Both the position numbers and the translations under genes were made by a program. 64,000 nt of DNA from a virus (taxonomy: Duplodnaviria; Caudoviricetes). This document shows, in pieces, positions 49,501 through 59,645 of the stretch. The stretch lies in IMG/VR virus record IMGVR_UViG_3300025875_000006, positions 1 through 64,000 of that record; one strand, 5' to 3'. The number at the start of each line of letters is the position of its first letter. Position 1 is the stretch's first letter. Under the pieces are notes generated by a model. It was not told where the DNA came from, ran no database searches, and was given only the letters and a program-made list of their open reading frames with translations.

Positions 49501-49889
49501 ATGGCCGACCAGCTGAGCAACAGCGGGCACGACGTCGAGGTGCTGGTGGACTCCGGCATCCCCGGTGCGCCGCCGCTGATCGCCATCGCCATGACCGTCG
49601 GGGACGCTGACCTGGCGCACCAGCAGGCGATGCGCGAGCGGTCGGTGGAGCTGGCCCGGCAGCGCGGGCACCTGCGCTCGTGAGCAGCTGCCAGCCGGTC
49701 GAGGTCACCTGGGCCGAGCCCAGCGCGGACGACATCGACGGCGGGTACTCCGGCTGGTGGCTGCTGGCGCTGTGCCGGGGGTGCCAGCACTACCTGCGGG
49801 TGCGGGTGCACGTGACGGTGGCGCTGGACCCCGATGGGGCCGAGGCGATGGAGCGCGAGGTGCTGGAGCACCTGCACCAGGCTGGTTGA
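46508..49889 (+). other. Run of coupled small hypothetical genes (46508-46735, 46732-47235, 47232-47912, 47896-48159, 48156-48464, 48461-48982, 48982-49227, 49220-49501, 49501-49683, 49680-49889)
   Basis: Overlapping start/stop codons; several Cys/His motifs such as CPHGIGHPDPD; two TM proteins. Confidence 0.6.
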
Positions 49890-49910
49890 CACGCCTGACA
49901 TAGTGGGACC
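49885..49910 (+). promoter_or_regulatory. Promoter of the putative ncRNA
   Basis: TTGACA-N7-CATAGT-N6, +1 = G49911. Confidence 0.65.
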
Positions 49911-50110
49911 GCTCCCCGGGCGAGCGAGCGTTCGTACCCAAGCCCGCGCGGCCCGGACGACGACGAACTGTCCCGGGGAGCCCCCAAGCACTGCGCGAGG
50001 AGGGGCCGCTCTCCACGAGCCAGGGTTGCGCAGCTGGCCAGGCCGGGTCGTCCGCCCTGAAGACCTGAGGGGCCGCCACCGCCGGACAGCGGGAGGCGGC
50101 CCCTTCGTCT
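49911..50110 (+). ncRNA. Putative structured non-coding RNA
   Basis: ORF-free; 10-bp stem starting at +1; further stems; terminator at the end. Confidence 0.55.
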
Positions 50111-50166
50111 GTCCAGGGTCAGCGTGTCCCGTTGACATTGTTGACACGCGGGCGCATACTCGCCCC

Positions 50167-50448
50167 ATGACGCAGAACACCACCGACGCCGACCGCGAGA
50201 TCGCAGCGCGGATCGTCGCTGCCTACGACGACCAGAACGCGCAGGAGCAGATGATCATGCAAGCGCTGGCCGACCAGCGCGAGCAGTTGACACGGTCCGC
50301 CGTGCCCAGCGCGCTGGAGCAGCTGGCCCAGGCCGTGCTGGACGGGCGGGTCTACCTGGAGGCCAACGACACCTGGAGCAACGGCGAGCGGTCGGGCACC
50401 AGCACGGCCGTCTACGTCCAGCCCCTGCCACCGGAGGAGAAGGTCTGA
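50167..50448 (+). CDS. Hypothetical protein (MTQ start)
   Basis: MTQNTT; tandem-motif promoter at 50131-50166. Confidence 0.7.
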   Translation: MTQNTTDADREIAARIVAAYDDQNAQEQMIMQALADQREQLTRSAVPSALEQLAQAVLDGRVYLEANDTWSNGERSGTSTAVYVQPLPPEEKV

Positions 50449-51531
50449 TGCCCGAGATCACCGAGGACGACCGACGTCGTGCGCGCGTGGCGCTGGGCTT
50501 CGGGGCCAGCATCTCCACCCGCGCGCTGAGCTTCGAGAGCAACAGCCGGATCGAGGGCGTGGCGGAGGTGCTGGCCGAGCTGCGCGCGGAGCTGTCAACC
50601 GACCGCACCGAGGACATCCGGATGGTGCGCGAGCACGCCTGGAGCGACGGCTACGCCGCCTGCCACCGGGGCGAGCAGCCGCACAACCCCTACCGCGCGC
50701 CCCGGCCGGGGGTGGCGGGCTGATGGCCCACCTGACCGGCGATGACCTGAAGGCCGCTCACGCGCTGCTGGACAGTGAGCTGTTCGACGTGGACCCGCAG
50801 CTGGCCGTGGCCAAGATGCGAGCCGAGCTGCGCGAGGAGCTGCTGGCCGGGCTGGTCAGCGGCCCGGTGACCGAGCAGTACGCCATCGAGCTGCACTACC
50901 TGCCCGGCGAGGACGGCTGGCGGCTCTGGACCGACGCGGGCTGGCCGCGTCAGCGCGAGGGGCATGAGGGCAACCCGTTCCCCTACGCCGACCGGGCGGA
51001 GGCCGAGCGGTCCTTGGAGTACATCCGGCGCGGCTACGGCAACGGCGGCCGGGACTGGGCACGGCTGGTGCGCCGCACCGTCGGCCCGTGGGAGCAGGTG
51101 GAGGGCTGATGCGCGCACCCGAGATGCTGGACCACAAGGCCGACCTGATGGTCCGGCTGGACAACCCGGTGCTGCGCCGGGCCTGGCGCAGCCAGGTGGC
51201 CGAGGACGTCGTCCGGCCGCGCTCCGCCGTGCAGGAGGCCATCCCCGAGACGATGGCGCGCTCGGACCCGGAGATGGCTGAGACGGTCCGCGAGGCCCAG
51301 GACCGGGGCATCGACACCCTGCTCCAGCCGGTCATGTGGACCGACGGCGGGCCGTTCGCGGTGCACAACATGCCGTGCGCGGTCTGCCGTCAGCGGCACG
51401 CCATCATCGACCTGTCCGAGGGGGCCTTCGGTCCCTGCTGGGAGTGCCGTCGGCTGGGCTGGCGGTTGACACCGCCGCCACGCACGCTGCTCCAGCGGCT
51501 GGCCAACAAGCTCTGGGGGGACCGATGGTGA
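50448..51531 (+). other. Three coupled hypothetical genes (50448-50723, 50723-51109, 51109-51531)
   Basis: TGATG overlaps. Confidence 0.6.
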
Positions 51532-52121
51532 CCGCCGGACTGCCGCACCCGTCCGTGGCCGGGTGCCCGTTCTGCGAGATCATGGCCGGGCGCGCTCCGG
51601 CGACGGTGCTGCGCGAGTGGAGCTTCGACGGGATCACCGGGCTGGTGCCGCTGCGCCCGGTCGCGCTGGGGCACACGCTGTTCATCCCGAACGGCCACAT
51701 CCCCAGCGCGCTGGCCGACCCGGTCATGGCCGGGCGGGTGTTCGAGCGGGCCGCGCGGTTCGCGGCCTGGCAAGGCGCGCACGGCTACAACCTGATCACC
51801 AGCGCCGGGGTGGCCGCCACGCAGACGGTGTTCCACCTGCACGTCCACGTCGTCCCCCGGCGGCCCGAGGACGGCCTGCCGCTGCCCTGGACCGGCCAGC
51901 AGCTGCGCGAGCCCGACCAGACCCTGGCCACCCTGGCCAAGGTGCCGCCGGAGCTGGTGAGCGGCCGGGACGAGGTCCGGATGGTCACCTGCCCGCGTTG
52001 CGGGCACCCGGCCGTGGTGACCCCGGAGAACACCCTGGGCGAGCACCCGCTGCCGCCGGACCTGCCCGAGGACGCCCCGCGCTGGGTCTGCTCCGGCGTC
52101 GGCCTGACGGTGCCGCGCTGA
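51525..52121 (+). CDS. HIT-family hydrolase
   Basis: CPFC..I; AGVAATQTVFHLHVHVVPR histidine triad. Confidence 0.88.
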   Translation: MVTAGLPHPSVAGCPFCEIMAGRAPATVLREWSFDGITGLVPLRPVALGHTLFIPNGHIPSALADPVMAGRVFERAARFAAWQGAHGYNLITSAGVAATQTVFHLHVHVVPRRPEDGLPLPWTGQQLREPDQTLATLAKVPPELVSGRDEVRMVTCPRCGHPAVVTPENTLGEHPLPPDLPEDAPRWVCSGVGLTVPR

Positions 52122-52593
52122 TGGGCACGGCCACCGTGCCGATGGCCCGCCTGCACGCGCACTGCACGTGTGGGTCCAGCTGGACGGCCGCGCTGCCCGA
52201 GGCCCCGGAGGGCATGGTCTGGAAGCTCCGCCACGACGACGCCCGGGGCATCTGGCTGGCCTGGCCGGGGCGGCCGTCGTGAAGCGGGACCGGAGCCACC
52301 TGCGCGTGGTGCCAGACCTCCCCCCTGATGAGGACGTCGCACCGGACCCGGTTGTCCGGTCCGAGCCCGCAGAAGACCCGGGCTGGTGGGAGTGCCCGAC
52401 CTGCCACAACCGGATCGACCGGGCCGGGGACCGGTGCACGCGGCGCTGGTGCCTGGGCGCGAACGCCTACAGCAGCTACCGCGAGCACTCCCCCGCCGAG
52501 ATGGAGATCAAGCACGCCAAGCCCGGCCGGTTCCCGACGCCCCCGCCGCCGTGGGGGCCCGCATCTGGTTGACCCGGTTGACACACTCGTGCC

Positions 52594-53091
52594 ATGCCAC
52601 AGTCCCGGGGGGCCAAGCCGCGCACGGTGATCGACCTGCGGGGAGGGCCGCGAGCGGCCATCCCGACGGTGCACGCCGGGGTGCTGATGCGGTCGAGGCT
52701 GGAGGCCCGCTGGGCCGGGGTGCTGGACCGGGAGCGGATCGGCTGGGCCTACGAGCCGAAGACGCTCCGGCTGGGCAGCACCCGGTACATCCCGGACTTC
52801 TGGCTGCCGGGCCAGCGCACCTGGCTGGAGGTCAAGGGCCCGCACTGGGAGCGGTTCGAGAAGACGCAGGCGCTGGCACGCGCCGGAGGCCAGGTGCTGG
52901 TGGCCACCGCCAGCGGCGTGTGCTGGCGCGTGCCGCGCTCGGGCAAGCCCAGCCAGGTCGAGGTCCAGGTGGGCCGCTGCGGGACCTGTGGGACGACGGC
53001 ACTGGGGGTGCCGAGCAGGGGGACACTGGCGTGCAGGGCGCCGGGGTGCGGAGCGCGGGGCGTGCGGCCGGAGGCGGTGCTGGGATGGTGA
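52594..53091 (+). CDS. PD-(D/E)XK nuclease
   Basis: MRSRLEARWA..WAYEP..YIPDFWLP..WLEVKG. Confidence 0.8.
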   Translation: MPQSRGAKPRTVIDLRGGPRAAIPTVHAGVLMRSRLEARWAGVLDRERIGWAYEPKTLRLGSTRYIPDFWLPGQRTWLEVKGPHWERFEKTQALARAGGQVLVATASGVCWRVPRSGKPSQVEVQVGRCGTCGTTALGVPSRGTLACRAPGCGARGVRPEAVLGW

Positions 53092-53474
53092 GCGGGATGG
53101 GTGCGGCCGACGACAACACGGTCTGGATGGACCTGGACGTGCTGGCGGCCAGCTACGAGCGGGTCAACGGTGTGCGGCCGAACCAGCTCACCCTGGGCCG
53201 GGTGGTGGCCGAGGAGCTGGAGCCTGAGGAGAGCCGCCGAGCACGGCCGGACTGGCCTGCCCACCCGCCGCACCAGCACTGGGAGAGTCCGGTGTCGGGC
53301 ATCTGGCGCGTCCGGGTCGGACCGGTGCCGGGGGGCTGGTGGCACCGGTTCAAGGTCCACCGCGCGTGCCGGAAGTCCGGCGGCCACTACTGGCACCCGG
53401 CCGACGCCATGATCGAGTGGTTCTGCTGCAACTGCGGGGCTGACCGAGACGGGATGCCGAGGGACGGCCGGTGA
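53088..53474 (+). CDS. Hypothetical protein
   Basis: GTGA-coupled, C-terminal Cys/His motif. Confidence 0.5.
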   Translation: MSGMGAADDNTVWMDLDVLAASYERVNGVRPNQLTLGRVVAEELEPEESRRARPDWPAHPPHQHWESPVSGIWRVRVGPVPGGWWHRFKVHRACRKSGGHYWHPADAMIEWFCCNCGADRDGMPRDGR

Positions 53475-53875
53475 ACCTGACGCAGCCCTGCAAGCCGTGG
53501 CAGGGCGCGACGAACAAGCAGGGCTACGGCCGGGTCTACGTCCCGGGCCAAGGTACGCAGCTGGTGCACCGGGTGGCCTGGGCGGAGGAGCATGGTCCGA
53601 TACCGGCGGGCGTCGTCATCCGGCACCGGTGTGACAACCCGCCCTGCACGCAGCTGGAGCACCTGACCGATGGCACGCAGGCGGACAACGTCCAGGACGC
53701 CGTGGAGCGTGCACGGATGACTGGACCACGTACTGGCGAGCAGTGCGGTCGGGGGCACACCTACACCGCCCAGGACTGGCAGACCAGCCGTCGAGGTAGC
53801 CGGGTCCGAGACTGCAAGAAGTGCCGGGCGACGACCAGGAAGCTCCGACGAGCAGCGAAGGTGGAAGCAGCGTGA
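53471..53875 (+). CDS. HNH homing endonuclease
   Basis: GYGRV..HRVAW..RHRCDNPPC..HLTDGTQADN. Confidence 0.9.
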   Translation: MNLTQPCKPWQGATNKQGYGRVYVPGQGTQLVHRVAWAEEHGPIPAGVVIRHRCDNPPCTQLEHLTDGTQADNVQDAVERARMTGPRTGEQCGRGHTYTAQDWQTSRRGSRVRDCKKCRATTRKLRRAAKVEAA

Positions 53876-54324
53876 CCAACGAGGCGAAGACCAGCGTGGC
53901 GAAGACCGGCGGCCCGGCCGACATCCAGTCGGCCTGGGGCATCCTGGCCAAGGGGTCACCGGCTGCTGCGACCGCGCTGGTTGACATCGCGGAGAACGGG
54001 AAGTCGGAAGTGGCGCGCGTCCAGGCTGCGACTGCCGTCTTGGACCGGGTGGGTCTGGCGACTCCCAAGGAGCGTCCGCAGGTGACGTTCAATGTGATTC
54101 CCAAGGAGGTGGCCGAGGCGGGCATCGACCAGATCGTCAGCCCGGCCGAGATCATCCGGAACCGCCTGAAGGAGCTGAAGGCCCCCACGCAGGCCGTGGC
54201 CGGGCCGCCGCTGCCCGACGAGGAGTGGGCGGCCCAGCAGAGCGACGACGGGCAGGTCTACGACGCCGAGCTGGTGATGGAGGGCGACGGCGACTGGCAG
54301 ACCGGTGGCGAGGGATGGGGATGA
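53872..54324 (+). CDS. Terminase small subunit-like protein
   Basis: SEVARVQAATAVLDRVG helical motif. Confidence 0.45.
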   Translation: MTNEAKTSVAKTGGPADIQSAWGILAKGSPAAATALVDIAENGKSEVARVQAATAVLDRVGLATPKERPQVTFNVIPKEVAEAGIDQIVSPAEIIRNRLKELKAPTQAVAGPPLPDEEWAAQQSDDGQVYDAELVMEGDGDWQTGGEGWG

Positions 54325-55157
54325 TGGCCGCCTTCAGCGTCGGATGCTGGGTCGGAGGCCTGATCGGCATCGTCGTCGGCGCGACCGTAGTGTCAGGGTG
54401 GGTGCTCGCGCGCCGGTCCTACCGGCCCGAGCCCGTGTCAACCGGGTCTGCGGAGGAGGAGACGGCGTGCTCTGGTGGCTGATCGGGGGCGGCTGGCTGC
54501 TGCTGGCCATCGTCGCGGCGCTGTGGATCGCAGCCGCGATGCGCTGGGCGGACACCGGCGGCAAGCAGGAGACGGTGGAGGCCGAGCACCGGCGGCTCCA
54601 CCTCGTGCGTTCGTGACGACGCCGCGCAACCCGCCAGAGCCCGGCGAGCGGCCCTACAGCGAGCGCCCGCCCTGGGAGCTGTCCGCGATCCTCCTGGGCG
54701 GCCTGGGCGTGATGACGTGGCTGCTGTTCGGCTGGGCCGACCACTGGACGGTCTTCATCCCGGCCCTGGTCTTCTTCGTCGGCTTCATCTGCCTGATCGG
54801 GTGACCATCCAGCTCTCCGGCCTCTGGGGAGCGCTCACCGTCGTCCTGGCGGTCGTGCTGCTGGCCGTGACGTTCTGGTCGGGCTGGTACTGGCGCGGGA
54901 CGGTGGAGATCGCCCGGCAGAGCCACCGGCAAACGAGCTTGGACCGTCAGGCCGACGTGCCAAGTCCAGAGCCCGTTCCGTTGGAGCGTCGGCCGGTTCC
55001 ACACCCGCGTCCCCAGGCTGTGGAGGACCCGCCGACCGAGGTCATCGACCTGCCGATGCCCCAGCTGGACCTGCCGCCGGTGCCCAGCTCGGAGCCGGGA
55101 CGGCACAGCTGGGAGGGGCGCTGGCCGGACCTGCCCCGGCCGGAGGGGTACCGGTAG
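54321..55157 (+). other. Cluster of small membrane proteins (54467-54616, 54613-54804, 54801-55157 and upstream ORF)
   Basis: Each has a strong hydrophobic segment; coupled starts. Confidence 0.55.
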
Positions 55158-55272
55158 CCTGAGCGGGCCAAGTAGATGCGCCCGGTACGCGGCCGGACAC
55201 ACAGAAGGGCCCGCCTCCCTGTCGGGGAGACGGGCCCTTCGTCATGCAGATCGGGTCGCTGTAGCGACGCTG

Positions 55273-55584
55273 TCAGTCGTCCTCGGCGTCCGGGATGGGC
55301 TGCGCCTGCGGGCCCGTGCCGGGCTCGGTCTGGGCGTCGCCGTCGTCGGTGCACAGCGGGGAGTCGTAGACGATGAACTCGTACTCGTCCTCCTCGCCGG
55401 ACCGGCCGGGGGTCCAGTAGATCAGGATGTTGCCGTCGCAGAACTTCTGGAGGGCGTGGTCACCGCCGGTACCCTCCACGGCGACGGAGCCGGTGGTCTC
55501 CGGGTCGATCTGGCGCTTCGCGCAGCCGGTCGCGGTCACCGCGACGGTCAGGCCCAGCAGGACGGCGGCGGTCTTCTTCATCAT
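55273..55584 (-). CDS. Lipoprotein
   Basis: MMKK + hydrophobic stretch + lipobox VTATGC. Confidence 0.75.
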   Translation of the reverse strand: MMKKTAAVLLGLTVAVTATGCAKRQIDPETTGSVAVEGTGGDHALQKFCDGNILIYWTPGRSGEEDEYEFIVYDSPLCTDDGDAQTEPGTGPQAQPIPDAEDD

Positions 55585-55991
55585 CGGGTCTCCTCGGTGG
55601 GGGTCCAGGGCAGGGCGGTCTGCTGCATGACGTGCACGCGGTGCTCGGAGCCGTAGACCAGCCGGGCCTGAGCCTGCCCGTGCTTGCGCGCCAGGTCGGC
55701 GTCGGCGAACGGGCCGTGCGAGTGGTCCACCCGGAACCGGCGGCGCGGCGACCGGCAGTACGAGCAGAAGTCCTGCGTGCACTCCAGCTCGGCGCGGAAC
55801 TGCTGCGTGCCCAGCGCGGCTGCGCGCTCCAGCACCAGCTGGTCGATCTCGTCCATCGCCTTGGCCTTGGCCGTGCGCGCGCCCCGGGACATCGGCCGGT
55901 CGCTGCCGTCGTCCTTGCCCTGCGACATCCGGACCACGTAGGTGGGCCGGAGCATCCGGGACAGGAAGCTGTCCCCGCTCATCTGCGTCAT
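55581..55991 (-). CDS. Hypothetical protein (MTQ start)
   Basis: MTQMSG; tandem-motif promoter at 55992-56027. Confidence 0.65.
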   Translation of the reverse strand: MTQMSGDSFLSRMLRPTYVVRMSQGKDDGSDRPMSRGARTAKAKAMDEIDQLVLERAAALGTQQFRAELECTQDFCSYCRSPRRRFRVDHSHGPFADADLARKHGQAQARLVYGSEHRVHVMQQTALPWTPTEETR

Positions 55992-56040
55992 GGGGCAAGT
56001 ATGCCGTACTGTGTCAACAGTGTCAACGCAACGCGCTGGG

Positions 56041-56583
56041 TCAGCGCCAGGTGCCGAAGCCGCCGAAGAAGCGCTGGAGGAGCGCGATCAGGTTGGCGAA
56101 GGCCTGGTCGAAGGCGTCCACCGTGACGACGGGCGCGGCCGGGGCAGCGGCGGTCGGGCGGTTGACACTGGTCGGCGCGGCGGCCGTGGGCACCGGGCGC
56201 GGGGCGGGAGCGGTCGCCACCGGGGCGGGAGCCGGGGCCGGGGCCTCGGTCACGTTCTCCGGGGCCGGGGCGGGCTGGTCGTCACCGGGCACCGGCGCGT
56301 GGTCGTAGCACTCGATGTCCTGCCGGAAGCAGGTGTCGTTCTCCGGCAGCTCGGTGACCGGTGTCGGGACGTAGGGCTCCACGTCCCAGATGACCTCGCC
56401 GGTCTCCGGGTCGGTGTGGAAGCAGTCGATGGCGACGAAGCCGCCGGGGACCGACGGGTCATCGAACCCGCAGATGCCGCCGGGGCCAGCCGGGGCGGCC
56501 AGCGCACTGGGCGCGAGGGCGACCGGGCCGAGCACGGCGGTGGCGGCGAGGAGGGCGGTGGCGGCGAGCTTCTTGATGTCCAT
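56041..56583 (-). CDS. Secreted Pro/Ala-rich protein
   Basis: Signal peptide MDIKKLAATALLAATAVLGPVALAPSALA; promoter TTGACA-N8-GATACT. Confidence 0.7.
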   Translation of the reverse strand: MDIKKLAATALLAATAVLGPVALAPSALAAPAGPGGICGFDDPSVPGGFVAIDCFHTDPETGEVIWDVEPYVPTPVTELPENDTCFRQDIECYDHAPVPGDDQPAPAPENVTEAPAPAPAPVATAPAPRPVPTAAAPTSVNRPTAAAPAAPVVTVDAFDQAFANLIALLQRFFGGFGTWR

Positions 56584-56673
56584 GCCCTGAGTATCGGCGG
56601 TCTTGTCAACAACCTTGACCCCGACGCGCCAGATTCTTTCTCGGGCCACCCGGAAGGGTGGCCCGGGCCCCGC

Positions 56674-57042
56674 TCAGCAGTCGGGGGAGAGCAGGGCGTG
56701 GCCGTCCTGCACGCCGGTCCAGCCCGCGTTGACCAGCACGATGTAGGCCGGGTCTGTGAGGTCCGCGATCTGGATGATCAGGCAGGTCTCGTGCTCGCCG
56801 GGCGCGGGGTCGGAGTCCATCGCCGGGGCCTCGGGGGTCTGGGTCATGCCGTAGCCGTGGCTGACCTCGGGGGTCTGGCCGACGGGGGCGTCCATGTCCA
56901 CCGAGGTGCCGGTGTGCGAGAGCTGGCCGACGGTGTTGCTCACGCCCTGGGTCCCGCCCGGGGCCATGAAGCCCACCAGGAAGGCCAGTGCGAGGAGGGC
57001 GCGGAGGGCGGCGGTGGCTGCGATCTTGCGTGTCTGCGTCAT
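56674..57042 (-). CDS. Exported/membrane-anchored protein (MTQ start)
   Basis: MTQTRKIAATAALRALLALAFLVGFM; promoter at 57043-57078. Confidence 0.7.
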   Translation of the reverse strand: MTQTRKIAATAALRALLALAFLVGFMAPGGTQGVSNTVGQLSHTGTSVDMDAPVGQTPEVSHGYGMTQTPEAPAMDSDPAPGEHETCLIIQIADLTDPAYIVLVNAGWTGVQDGHALLSPDC

Positions 57043-57161
57043 GCCTGAAGTATCGGCTGCCGTCTCAACAGTGTGAACTAGAAACGCCGATGTTCTTGAA
57101 ACTCGCTGCCGACCTGCGTCATCGCGTGAGCTGGCAGACACCCTGTGCGACCCTGGGGGCC

Positions 57162-57737
57162 ATGACGGTGCTGCGCCATCAGGTGCCCACGCCCGGGACG
57201 ACGGTCACGGCCCGTCCCTACTCCGGCAACAAGTACGCGCCCTCCAGCGGAGGCCAGCCAGTCACGGCCGTGTCCGATGCCCAGGGCGTCGCCACGCTCA
57301 CGCTCCCGGATCCGAGCTCGGCCAAGGCGTACTGGGCGCTGAGCCGCCCGGGTGCCGCACCGGTGGTCGTGGCCATCAAGCGCGGCGCGAGCTCGGTGAG
57401 CAGCGCCGCCGCCCAGCTGGGCATGCTGGACGCCGGGTCCGATCTCGTGTCAACCAGGCCGGTCTACGACTCCACGCCGGACACCGACGACGAGCGCGAG
57501 CTGATGGTGCCGTCCCGGCTCAGCTCGGCGGCACTGAAGGCGGCCTTGGGGTCAGCTGACCCGGTGCTCTCGGCGTTCGTCTACGACGGCTTGGGCAACC
57601 TCACCTCCTACAAGGAGGATGGGGTCACGATCACCCTGACCTACAACGCTGATGGCACGGTGGCGACCTCTCAGCGCGGCACTGGTCCGGTCCGTGCGTT
57701 CAGCTACAGCGGCGGCAACCTCGCGGGCGTGGCCTGA
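57162..57737 (+). CDS. Probable virion protein with YD-like C-terminal strands
   Basis: FVYDGLGNLTSY..LTYNADG; coupled to the tailspike gene. Confidence 0.55.
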   Translation: MTVLRHQVPTPGTTVTARPYSGNKYAPSSGGQPVTAVSDAQGVATLTLPDPSSAKAYWALSRPGAAPVVVAIKRGASSVSSAAAQLGMLDAGSDLVSTRPVYDSTPDTDDERELMVPSRLSSAALKAALGSADPVLSAFVYDGLGNLTSYKEDGVTITLTYNADGTVATSQRGTGPVRAFSYSGGNLAGVA

Positions 57738-59641
57738 TGGACGTCGTCAGCTTGGGCCTGGCCAAGTCCGACGCGCGCAAGAGGTACGCCCCGGGCGTCT
57801 CCCCCGACGCCTACGGAGCCAAGGGCGACGGCACCACCAACGACACCGCCGCGATCCAGGCAGCCCTGGACTCCGGCGCCAAGCGCATCGTCTTTCGGCA
57901 CGGCGGCACCTACATCATCTCCGCCGACCTGGCCGTCCACTCCGGGCAGACCATCGAGGCCTACGGCGCGACCATCCGACGCGCCCCGGGGACGAACACC
58001 GAACTGAACCTGCTGTCCATCGCGGGCTCGGTCAACACCTTCATCACCGACGTCACTGTCCGCGGCGGCACCTGGGACGGCAACCGTCCCAACGTCACCA
58101 TCCCGCAGCTGGAGAACTACCCGACCAACAACGGCATCCGCGTGTTCTGGGCCCGCAACGTCCTCATCGAGGACGCGACCATACAGAACTGCTGGGGCGG
58201 CGGCATCCTCGCCGGGGACGGCATCGTTCTCGGCATCCGGATCGACAACTGCACCGCCCGGTACAACTACGACAACGGGCTGTGGTTCCGGCCCGGGGTC
58301 TGGGACGGGATGATCAGCAACTCCCGCGCCCACGGCCAGACCTACCACGGCATCGACGCGATCCGCTGCGACTACATCACCTTCTCCAACTGCCACGCCT
58401 GGGACAACGGGCCCGCCAAGACCGGCGAGGGCGCCGGTTTCCGCATGGAAGGCTGCCGCTGGTCGCAGATGACCGACTGCACCGCCTGGTCCAACGGCGT
58501 CCTGGCCGGGTTCGCCCTCACCTACACCAACGAGGGCAAGTTCGGCTGGACCTGGACCGGCGCCTACTCCGACGCCACCAGCTACACCGCAGGCCAGACC
58601 GTGCAGTGGCCGCCACAGGCGAACCCCAACCACGCCAGCGAGCTCGGCGCCTACTACTGCATCGCCGCCCCACCCGGCCCCGGGTACGCGCCCAGCCGCA
58701 ACTCTCCGTACTGGGTCCCCTGCTCCTACGACAACGCGCAGGGCGGCAACCGCAACAACTACGCGATCAAGCTGGTTGGCTGCCGCGCGAAGAACAACTA
58801 CGGCTTGGGCACCTCCGGTAGTTGGCAGTCTGGCGCGAGCTACCAGCCCCAGGAGTCGGTCTGGTACCTCAACGGCACGAACTGGCAGTTCTACGTCTGC
58901 ACCACCGCCGTCACCAGCACGACCGCGCCCCCCTCGGACGCCGCGCACTGGCTCGGCCCGGCCACCCCATCCGGCTTCCTGATCAACGACAGCACCCACG
59001 TCGAACTGCTCGGCTGCCAGGCGGAGCACGGCTACAACGGGGTCTCCGTCGGTGGCACCAATGGCGGCTCGGCCGACATCAGGATCCGTAACAGCGACTT
59101 GCGGAACAACGCCTGGGACGGCGTCGCCTTCGGTGCGATGGTGTCGGGCACCAGCGCCGAGGTCTCCGGCTGCCACTTCGACGGCAACCGGAACAACGGC
59201 ATAGAGACCCCGGGCGGCTACACCTTCGCCCTGGACGTGCACGACAACGTGTTCACCGGTGCGGTCCAGCAGGCCAGGGCGCTGTACGAGAACGGCACGA
59301 CGACCACAGTGGCCTTCCGTCGCAACAGAGTGAACGGGCAGGCGACCGAGACGCTGCGGCTGCTGTCGGCCACGTCCTACATGGACGGCACGAACGACAT
59401 GACGGGCACCGTAGACCACGCCTCCGGCGCGGGAAGCTTCGCCGGGGCGACCACGGCGACGGTCACCTTCGCAACAGCGTTCCGCGTCGCCCCCGTCGCG
59501 GCCGGCATCAGCATCACGCCGACCGGTGCCCCGGCAGGTGACTACTACGTGTCGGCGGTCTCAGCGACCGGCTTCACCGTCACCTGCGCTGTGTCGGGCA
59601 CCTGGGGCTTCTCCTGGACTGCCCGCAACGTCATGCCCTGA
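57737..59641 (+). CDS. Tailspike/depolymerase, right-handed beta-helix (pectate-lyase-3-like)
   Basis: YGAKGDGTTNDTAAIQAAL; repeated N..A.DN / GI parallel-beta-helix motifs. Confidence 0.85.
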   Translation: MDVVSLGLAKSDARKRYAPGVSPDAYGAKGDGTTNDTAAIQAALDSGAKRIVFRHGGTYIISADLAVHSGQTIEAYGATIRRAPGTNTELNLLSIAGSVNTFITDVTVRGGTWDGNRPNVTIPQLENYPTNNGIRVFWARNVLIEDATIQNCWGGGILAGDGIVLGIRIDNCTARYNYDNGLWFRPGVWDGMISNSRAHGQTYHGIDAIRCDYITFSNCHAWDNGPAKTGEGAGFRMEGCRWSQMTDCTAWSNGVLAGFALTYTNEGKFGWTWTGAYSDATSYTAGQTVQWPPQANPNHASELGAYYCIAAPPGPGYAPSRNSPYWVPCSYDNAQGGNRNNYAIKLVGCRAKNNYGLGTSGSWQSGASYQPQESVWYLNGTNWQFYVCTTAVTSTTAPPSDAAHWLGPATPSGFLINDSTHVELLGCQAEHGYNGVSVGGTNGGSADIRIRNSDLRNNAWDGVAFGAMVSGTSAEVSGCHFDGNRNNGIETPGGYTFALDVHDNVFTGAVQQARALYENGTTTTVAFRRNRVNGQATETLRLLSATSYMDGTNDMTGTVDHASGAGSFAGATTATVTFATAFRVAPVAAGISITPTGAPAGDYYVSAVSATGFTVTCAVSGTWGFSWTARNVMP

Positions 59642-59645
59642 CGCT

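Noticed and set aside
49911-49930. GCTCCCCGGGCGAGCG resembles the 5' half of an actinobacterial type I-E CRISPR repeat (possible RNA anti-CRISPR)
   Set aside because: The repeat's own CCCCGC/GCGGGG hairpin cannot form, and the match is short and GC-rich
50057-50066. CTGAAGA hammerhead-like core
   Set aside because: No GAAA partner or cleavage-site geometry nearby
52568-52583. Tandem GTTGACC-GTTGACA as another leaderless promoter
   Set aside because: No CATACT-like -10 at the expected distance; kept only as a motif copy
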